A stretch of DNA of 64,000 bases from an uncultured virus (IMG/VR IMGVR_UViG_3300031370_000004) (Duplodnaviria; Heunggongvirae; Uroviricota; Caudoviricetes), in IMG/VR virus record IMGVR_UViG_3300031370_000004, positions 1 to 64,000 of that record, one strand, 5' to 3'. The notes under the pieces are model-generated. The model had not been told where the DNA came from, did no database searches, and saw nothing but the letters and a program-made list of their open reading frames with translations. Both the position numbers and the translations under genes were made by a program. Numbering within the stretch: the stretch's first letter is position 1; each line of letters opens with the position of its first letter. This document shows, piece by piece, positions 57,865 through 64,000 of this stretch.

Positions 57865-58167
57865 ATGAGCAATAAAGCAACGTTTATCATTGGTTCCACA
57901 ACCGTCCACCTTATCGCCGGACATAAGGCGGGCGGCGCCGCGGTTGCTTGCGTTGTTGAGCTGGAACTGTCTGAGCTCCAGTCTCTCACCGTTTATTACC
58001 CAATGGGCAGCATTACGGCTGCCCAGCGCTTTGTTTCAACGGCAACGGCTGAAACGGCGGAGCGCGGGTACAAAAAAGTTATGGAGGAGCATGGCGCCGT
58101 GCTGGAGCTGGTCAATAAGTGCTTTTCCTCTCACCTCCCGGACTGGAAGCGTCTCGGGAAAAATTAA
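57865..58167 (+). CDS. Hypothetical protein
   Basis: ATG just after an operator motif. Confidence 0.6.
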   Translation: MSNKATFIIGSTTVHLIAGHKAGGAAVACVVELELSELQSLTVYYPMGSITAAQRFVSTATAETAERGYKKVMEEHGAVLELVNKCFSSHLPDWKRLGKN

Positions 58168-58181
58168 CCAGAAGGATCCTT

Positions 58182-58541
58182 ATGAAAACGACAATTGTGA
58201 CCGCCTTCAGGAACTCTAAGTTCACGCTCGCGCTGATTGCCTGCTACGGGTTCTGCTATACGCAGCTCCCCTCACCCGGCGGGGAGATCTGGGCGCAGAT
58301 GTTTTCCGTACTCGCCTGGACCTCGGTTTACTGCACCAGCCTCCATCGCTTTAACAGTGATCGCGTGGCGCTGCAACGCCATATTGACGCCGTCAATGCC
58401 GCTCGTGAACGCCGGGTTTTAAAAGAGGCGATCGCCCGGGGCGTTATCCATGGCGACATGCTGGAGGATAAGCGTCTTGCAGGTCTGTTTGCGCATTGCC
58501 TTGTAGAAAACATGGCGCTGGCTGAAGGAAAAAAAGCATGA
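58182..58541 (+). CDS. Hypothetical membrane protein
   Basis: Two hydrophobic segments, AAGGA RBS. Confidence 0.6.
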   Translation: MKTTIVTAFRNSKFTLALIACYGFCYTQLPSPGGEIWAQMFSVLAWTSVYCTSLHRFNSDRVALQRHIDAVNAARERRVLKEAIARGVIHGDMLEDKRLAGLFAHCLVENMALAEGKKA

Positions 58542-58993
58542 AGATCTCCCGCAGGCAGATGCGTTTTTTTCTGGCGGCAGCGTGCGCGGTTCCCGTCGAA
58601 CTCAATTCGCCGTACACGCACTTTTCTTCCGTTGACGCTGCCGGCCACTACTCGGGCGAAGATATTTGCTCCGACAGTAAGGTGCTCAAGCAACTTGCCG
58701 GCATGGGCATGATCCGCTGCGTGGGCGACGAAGATGATTTCTGCGTCGAGTTTGCCGATCGCGGCGACTTCCTCAGTGCGTGGCGCGCTGGAGCCCGCGC
58801 GGCAGAACGCGGAGAAGGCATTGAATACAGTGCTTATAACGCCAACGGCATGGCATTTGTCGCTGGCCACCAGCACTGGCATGAGCATGCCCGCCCGGGC
58901 CGGATACCGTACAAGGCGGAATATCACCGTGCCTGCCATGGTTTTACGTGTGTAGATACCGGCGAAGAATGGGATCAGGCCTGCTATGGATAA
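58538..58993 (+). CDS. Hypothetical protein
   Basis: ATGA overlap with the previous gene. Confidence 0.6.
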   Translation: MKISRRQMRFFLAAACAVPVELNSPYTHFSSVDAAGHYSGEDICSDSKVLKQLAGMGMIRCVGDEDDFCVEFADRGDFLSAWRAGARAAERGEGIEYSAYNANGMAFVAGHQHWHEHARPGRIPYKAEYHRACHGFTCVDTGEEWDQACYG

Positions 58994-59180
58994 GGTAATA
59001 GGCTTTGCCCTGCTCGCCTTTGGTGCGTATCTGGCGCTGGTGGTCGGCCATAAGGCCATCTCTGTTGTGCTGATTCTGGCAGATGACTGCCTTCACGTAC
59101 TGATGAAGATTTTCAGGGTGCGCCGATCGAAACGTCGGGGCGCAGCTGCTGCCCGGGGCACCCCAAAAACACGCAGCTAA
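58986..59180 (+). CDS. Small membrane protein with basic tail
   Basis: Hydrophobic N-terminus, overlaps the previous gene. Confidence 0.45.
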   Translation: MDKVIGFALLAFGAYLALVVGHKAISVVLILADDCLHVLMKIFRVRRSKRRGAAAARGTPKTRS

Positions 59181-59359
59181 AACACTAAACTTTTACTTTG
59201 CGCAAAAAGGAAAGGCCACCATGAAAGGCGGCCTTATGGGAACTATCAATCTAAGAGCAACACCACTGAGAAGTGGCAATCGACTCTCAACACAAAGCAT
59301 ACCGAATAAGGATCTTTGTGTCTAACCGACAGGCTAAAAAGCCGTAAAGAGTGAACAAA

Positions 59360-59962
59360 ATGGCGAAAACGAGCGAAGAAAAATTGCAAAACATGCTGGC
59401 CTCCCGGAAGAGGTCGCAGGAACGCGCCAGGGAGAAGGCGCAGAAGAAATTAGCCGATCCTGAGTGGCGGCAGCAGCAGTTTGCAAAGCAGCTCGCCCAG
59501 CACCAGGCCAGCATTGAACGGCAGAGGGAGAAAGCCAAAAACCCGGTTACACGCACGCAGTCGCAGGCAGCCAAAAAGGCGAAGGCATCCCGTAAAAAGT
59601 CCTATGGCAGCAAAGGGCGCACGCCGACGGCTGAAGAACGCCGGTACATGTCCCTTCTCGGTGCCCTTCCCTGCATCCCCTGCCACGTTCACGGGAAAAC
59701 AACGTTTCCTGTGAGCCTGCACCATACGGATGGTCGCGTGGCGCCAGACGCTCATAAACGGTGTCTGCCGATTTGCGATCACCACCACCAGCACGCGGCA
59801 CCCAAAGAGGTTCGTCTGGAATTCCCCTGGCTGGTGCCGGTGCATGCTGATGGTTCCGTCGGCGGCAAGGCAGAGTTTGAGCGGCACAACGGGAGTCAGG
59901 ATTCATTACTGCAACTCGCTTATGAGATGGCTGGTATTGACCACCTGAAAAACACTAATTAA
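59360..59962 (+). CDS. ref: Ref, RecA-dependent HNH-type nuclease
   Basis: Charged N-terminus, then KGRTPTAEE...LPCIPC...SLHHTDGR...LPICDHHHQ...PWLVPVHADG. Confidence 0.9.
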   Translation: MAKTSEEKLQNMLASRKRSQERAREKAQKKLADPEWRQQQFAKQLAQHQASIERQREKAKNPVTRTQSQAAKKAKASRKKSYGSKGRTPTAEERRYMSLLGALPCIPCHVHGKTTFPVSLHHTDGRVAPDAHKRCLPICDHHHQHAAPKEVRLEFPWLVPVHADGSVGGKAEFERHNGSQDSLLQLAYEMAGIDHLKNTN

Positions 59963-60072
59963 TATGTAATTGATTTGGAATTATTAGCTGTAATGCATGT
60001 CACTTATAAACCGCCGCTCTGTGGCGGTTTTTTATTTTCACCGCAACATAACACTAAACTTTTAAATGCTGT

Positions 60073-60771
60073 GTGAGTTCAATTAGTATTGCTCAATTGA
60101 TGCGCCAGCGGCGCGCCAGCCCGGAGGTTTACGTGTCTGATAAAAAAATTCTGGCCATCTGCCTGTCAGTATCCCCACCTGTAGCGATCGAGGCGATTTG
60201 GTTCAAAAACAAGCTCACCATGAACACACCCATACCGCTGCAGCCTAACCGCACGGCACTGGAAGCGTCGGTGACCAAAATGTTGCAGGAGTACGAGGAA
60301 AGAGGGTTTGAAGTGCTGGTGGAAGAAGCGACGATTTTTGCCAGCGCTCGCGGTGCCCGGCGGATCCGGCTGGGCACGAACGACGAAACAGGGAAACCGT
60401 TGCTGCTAACCGCACTCAATATTTATCGTGAACTGAAAATGCAGTCAGCGATAAACCTACCGAAAGGCCAGCCCGGCTATGAGCTCCCGGACAGCATCTT
60501 TGACGCCGATAAAGACGCCCGCGGGAACAATATTTATCACGTCGATTGGGCGAACCTGCGCCCTACGCATGTGCTGACCATGCTGTGCTGCTATGCCACG
60601 CAGTTTCATAACCCGGACAGCTCATACTTCCTCTCCCGGATGTTCAGCGACATCGAGGATGCCGCGCCCAGTGACCGCTACGCACCGTTGAAATCCATCA
60701 TTCAGCACGCGTTAACGGATGAAACGGAAATGTCTGTCAGCCCACTCACCGGCCAGGGGAATTACCTGTGA
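60073..60771 (+). CDS. mat: Mat-like particle maturation protein
   Basis: Follows ref as in P1, similar size. Call rests mainly on synteny. Confidence 0.55.
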   Translation: MSSISIAQLMRQRRASPEVYVSDKKILAICLSVSPPVAIEAIWFKNKLTMNTPIPLQPNRTALEASVTKMLQEYEERGFEVLVEEATIFASARGARRIRLGTNDETGKPLLLTALNIYRELKMQSAINLPKGQPGYELPDSIFDADKDARGNNIYHVDWANLRPTHVLTMLCCYATQFHNPDSSYFLSRMFSDIEDAAPSDRYAPLKSIIQHALTDETEMSVSPLTGQGNYL

Positions 60772-61106
60772 CGCTCTCACGTCTGGATAACCAGCAGATA
60801 GCCGACCCGATCCAGCGGTCGTACCTGCACCGCGTGGTGCGCGACAAGTCCCTCACCTTCGATCTTGATCTCATTACGCACTTTATCGCGCTGGATGAGC
60901 AGTACCGGCCAGACCTGGTGAGTTACCGGGTTTACAAAACGCCCGAGCTTCAGTGGATGGTAACGCTCATTTACGGCAATGAAGATCCGGCGGCGGCCAT
61001 GAAGGCGGGAACGGAGCTGCGCCTGCCGCCCCTGGCCTGGGTGCGCGAACAAATCCGGCATTATGCCAACGGCGGCGAAGTGGCCGGAACTCTGATAGAG
61101 GAATAA
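60768..61106 (+). CDS. Baseplate protein, P1 gp26-like
   Basis: DEQYRPDLVSYRVY...LQW...LRLPP. Confidence 0.7.
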   Translation: MTLSRLDNQQIADPIQRSYLHRVVRDKSLTFDLDLITHFIALDEQYRPDLVSYRVYKTPELQWMVTLIYGNEDPAAAMKAGTELRLPPLAWVREQIRHYANGGEVAGTLIEE

Positions 61107-61108
61107 CG

Positions 61109-61870
61109 GTGGATTCAAAGCCAAATACAACGCACACCCACGCGGAGTTAAACGATATCGCCCGTCGCTGGCTCCTACGGCCAGAATCAGGGCGCGGCCC
61201 GGGCTGTAAGGTTGCGTTTACCGAAGTGGGCGCCGTGGGCGACGGCGAACGTGCAGACGCATGGGGTTATCGCTGGGGCTCGGAAGGCGGTAGCGTGCTG
61301 GTGGAGTCCAAAGTCAGCCGCAGCGATTTCCTGCGCGATCGCCATAAGCCCCACCGGCAGCCGATGCACGGTGTAGGCCTCGGTGATTACCGTTATTACA
61401 TCTGCCCGGAGGGGTTGATTAATATCAGCGACCTCCCGGACCGCTGGGGGTTGCTATGGGTGAATAAGCGGGGGCATGTGAAGGTGCTGGCGGGCCACGT
61501 TACCAGCTCGTTTGCGGTGCCGACACTCTGGAACGGGGAAATCGTTGAGCGACACAGCCTGCGCGATTACGCCCCATTCTGGCGCCATGAGTCCGATCAG
61601 GACGCCGAACGCGGGCTGATGGCCTACATGCTGGCGCGCGTGGGCGATCCTGACGCACTGCTGCAGGAGCAGCGCGGATATCTTCGACTGAACGCGCAGC
61701 AAACCAGCCAAATCATAGCTCTTGAGAAGGCAGCCCGCGCCGACCGGCAGACAATAGCCCGGATGCGACGTACGCTGCTGAAGGCCGGGCTGGAAGATCC
61801 TGTCCTGCCAACATCCCGCGGCACTCCAGTGTTTATGCTGGATGAGGAGGCAGGCAATGCCAGCAGCTGA
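61109..61870 (+). CDS. PD-(D/E)XK (MmcB-like) putative nuclease
   Basis: ERADAWG...LVESKVSRSDFLRD...GDYRYY...WGLL. Confidence 0.7.
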   Translation: MDSKPNTTHTHAELNDIARRWLLRPESGRGPGCKVAFTEVGAVGDGERADAWGYRWGSEGGSVLVESKVSRSDFLRDRHKPHRQPMHGVGLGDYRYYICPEGLINISDLPDRWGLLWVNKRGHVKVLAGHVTSSFAVPTLWNGEIVERHSLRDYAPFWRHESDQDAERGLMAYMLARVGDPDALLQEQRGYLRLNAQQTSQIIALEKAARADRQTIARMRRTLLKAGLEDPVLPTSRGTPVFMLDEEAGNASS

Positions 61871-63059
61871 TTTTGAGCGCCAGCAGGATGGCCGGTACGT
61901 CACCGACGGCCTTTCAGCGCGTGATTTCGAGCGAGTATTTAACCTGATCTCGAAGCACCAGCGGAAAGCCCGTCGAAAGGCAAAGCGCACCCTGACACCG
62001 GCGCGGATGCGTAACAAGGATCTTGAGGAGTTTCTGAAGCTCGGCAAGAAATCGGATGGCACGATCTTTACGCCAGAGGACATGAAGCGGTTTATCGAAA
62101 GCCGCACCAGCATCCGCGGCAAATTCGACAGCTCAACGGCGGGGATCACCTACGCACAGCTGGTGGCTCAGTCCACCAGTATTGATATTAAGCGCGCCAA
62201 TAACAGAGTGGACGATGGTACCGGCATCAAGGCAGCCACCTTCCTGGGCCTTAAGCAAGACGTCGCGATAATCAGCGTTAAAGCCTCAGATGAGTCAGTG
62301 CATGCGCATCACCGCGTAAAAATCCGGTTTGAAGGATGGGATCAGGCGGTGGAAGAGCTGGGGGATGAGAAAACCTCCGCCGCGGTTATTGTGCGGCAGC
62401 TGTGCGCCGGGCGCGTCTCCTTTGATTGCGATTGTGGCCGCCATCAATACTGGTACCGCTACATCGCGACTGCCGGTAATTATGCGCTGGCCCCACCCAA
62501 AGAATATGCCTTTCCAAAAGTACGAAACCCAGACCTGACCGGCGTTGCCTGCAAGCATGTGATCCACAGTATGACGCGCTTTCAATCGGCCACCTGGCAG
62601 GCACAGATCCGCAAGCAGCTGGAGCAAAACGCTAAACAGGTCGCTTTTGGAGATGACAAGAAAAAAACCACACGATTTTTCACTGAGGATGAGCTCAAGA
62701 AGCTATCCCGCAACCGCTCGTCTACGACAGACCAGGCAAAGCAGCGGAGTGCATTCACTAAATACCAGGCGGCACAGAAGTCACTGCAGAAGACCATCAC
62801 CAGGTCGGGATCATCGCTCGATGCCCTGCGCAAGAAATTAAGCAAAATGCGTAAGTCTGGTGAGGCTACTCGCGCTGAACTGGAGAAAGAGCGCGCCGCC
62901 CGCAGGGCACTGGAGGATCGGTTACTCAAGGATCAGATAGCCCTCAGGAAACAGGCGTTTATTGATGCCCTGCTGATGGCCGGTATGAGCGAGAAAGACG
63001 CAGAAGCGAAATTCAAGATATGGCTGGATAACGAACTTAAAAAGGCGGCGAAGAAATGA
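61857..63059 (+). CDS. P1 gp25-like tail protein with SWIM zinc finger
   Basis: FDCDCGRHQYWYRY...NPDLTGVACKH. Confidence 0.8.
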   Translation: MPAADFERQQDGRYVTDGLSARDFERVFNLISKHQRKARRKAKRTLTPARMRNKDLEEFLKLGKKSDGTIFTPEDMKRFIESRTSIRGKFDSSTAGITYAQLVAQSTSIDIKRANNRVDDGTGIKAATFLGLKQDVAIISVKASDESVHAHHRVKIRFEGWDQAVEELGDEKTSAAVIVRQLCAGRVSFDCDCGRHQYWYRYIATAGNYALAPPKEYAFPKVRNPDLTGVACKHVIHSMTRFQSATWQAQIRKQLEQNAKQVAFGDDKKKTTRFFTEDELKKLSRNRSSTTDQAKQRSAFTKYQAAQKSLQKTITRSGSSLDALRKKLSKMRKSGEATRAELEKERAARRALEDRLLKDQIALRKQAFIDALLMAGMSEKDAEAKFKIWLDNELKKAAKK

Positions 63060-63793
63060 AGTATGACGAGGACTTTTTAGGCGGCTGGGATGAGCCGGTA
63101 GCTGGCCAGCGCGTAGAGGCACCCGCACCAGCGCCAGCCCCTGAACCTGCCGGTGCGGTAGAGCTGGTGGACGACGAAGAGCAGCAGCTGGATAGCAGCG
63201 GTGAGGCTGAGTCTCCGGCACCCGATGAAGAAGACGGAGAGCAGCTGGGCAACGTGGTGCTGCCCGATCACTTCGAGCCTGCGGATAGCGCCGATCGCCC
63301 TATCGATTCCTCTATGCGCACACGCTATCACGGACACGGTGAATTTAATGACCTGCTGCGCGCAGACTGGATTGCGGCCATTGAACTGGACCCTGATGCG
63401 TTCGACGCACTGCTGTATCGCGCAACCCGCCACCAGCCCGACGCCAACGATCAGCCATCCACTCCGCAGGTAGCGGAAGTATTTGACCCTAACCAGGCAT
63501 TGCTGGACTACCAGCACCCGGAAAAAGTGGCTGTACTCGACTGCCCGGATGAAATGGAGTCGTTTATGGGGATGTACGACGGCAGCGATAACACCGGCGC
63601 CGGAGTGGATGCACTGATCCTGCGCACCAGCGGTTTGAATGTGCCAGTGGGCAGTGTATTTGAGTGGCAGGAGCAGCTGACCGGCGACCGCTACCGCCGC
63701 GTCTGGTGGTATGTACACCGCATATTCAATTACGGGACGGCAAACGTCGGTAGCCTGTTTTATTGCATCCCTTTCCGTAGCCAGGAGCTTTGA
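63056..63793 (+). CDS. P1 gp7-like tail/head protein
   Basis: Acidic N-terminus, LDCPDEMESF, WWYVHRIFNYGTA. Synteny with gp25 and gp24. Confidence 0.65.
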   Translation: MKYDEDFLGGWDEPVAGQRVEAPAPAPAPEPAGAVELVDDEEQQLDSSGEAESPAPDEEDGEQLGNVVLPDHFEPADSADRPIDSSMRTRYHGHGEFNDLLRADWIAAIELDPDAFDALLYRATRHQPDANDQPSTPQVAEVFDPNQALLDYQHPEKVAVLDCPDEMESFMGMYDGSDNTGAGVDALILRTSGLNVPVGSVFEWQEQLTGDRYRRVWWYVHRIFNYGTANVGSLFYCIPFRSQEL

Positions 63794-63796
63794 TTG

Positions 63797-64000
63797 ATGA
63801 ACGAAATCGTGCTGAGTCGCTTCAAAACGCTGGAGCTGACACCGAACGGCAAGCGTGAGATCTCATCGTTATCTGATGTGGATAACGGATTCACCGCCAA
63901 AATCCTGGATGCATTTGATGGGTTGACGTTCTCAGCTCCCACGCGCGAAGCGAAGGCGATGACCGAATTTCTCCAGCGCGCAAAGAGCGATCAGATAAGC
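63797..64000 (+). CDS. P1 gp24-like protein, 3'-truncated by the window edge
   Basis: Open from ATG 63797 (MNEIVLSRFKTLELTPNGKREI...). Synteny. Confidence 0.55.
   Translation, partial: MNEIVLSRFKTLELTPNGKREISSLSDVDNGFTAKILDAFDGLTFSAPTREAKAMTEFLQRAKSDQIS

Overview
About 64 kb of a P1-like temperate phage-plasmid, probably from an Enterobacteriaceae host. It is clearly related to P1 but divergent and rearranged. Left to right it contains: the end of a tail fibre gene plus chaperone; the lydA-lydB-hdf-darA-ddrA-ddrB-hxr operon; an iteron replicon (oriR-repA-incA) with a non-P1 iteron sequence; a lambda-R-type endolysin; repL with a ProQ/FinO-family gene; pro, prt, darB, ulx and lxc; a glycosyltransferase-like cluster and a degenerate kdsB; ssb; a C5 methyltransferase; and a ~13 kb array of small ead/ea22-like modular genes. 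It continues with lpa, an inserted parMR-type partition pair, the pac site with pacA/pacB, c1 and a possible coi, a candidate lox site, cre, ref, mat and tail genes. The most striking unexplained feature is a ~2.5 kb island between the lox site and cre, apparently under repressor control. It starts with ~1.3 kb of highly structured non-coding DNA made of repeated tRNA-like modules, one carrying an exact tRNA-Lys(UUU) anticodon loop. A double zinc-knuckle protein, an Acb2-like sponge, a second sponge-like protein and a real tRNA-Ile2(CAU) follow. Other leads are a candidate antisense RNA plus FinO-like chaperone at repL, a dispersed AAACACTAAA operator (~20 copies), a new lox-like site and a recurring 16-nt leader element. 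All homology calls come from motif recognition, recalled sequences and synteny; no database searches were run.
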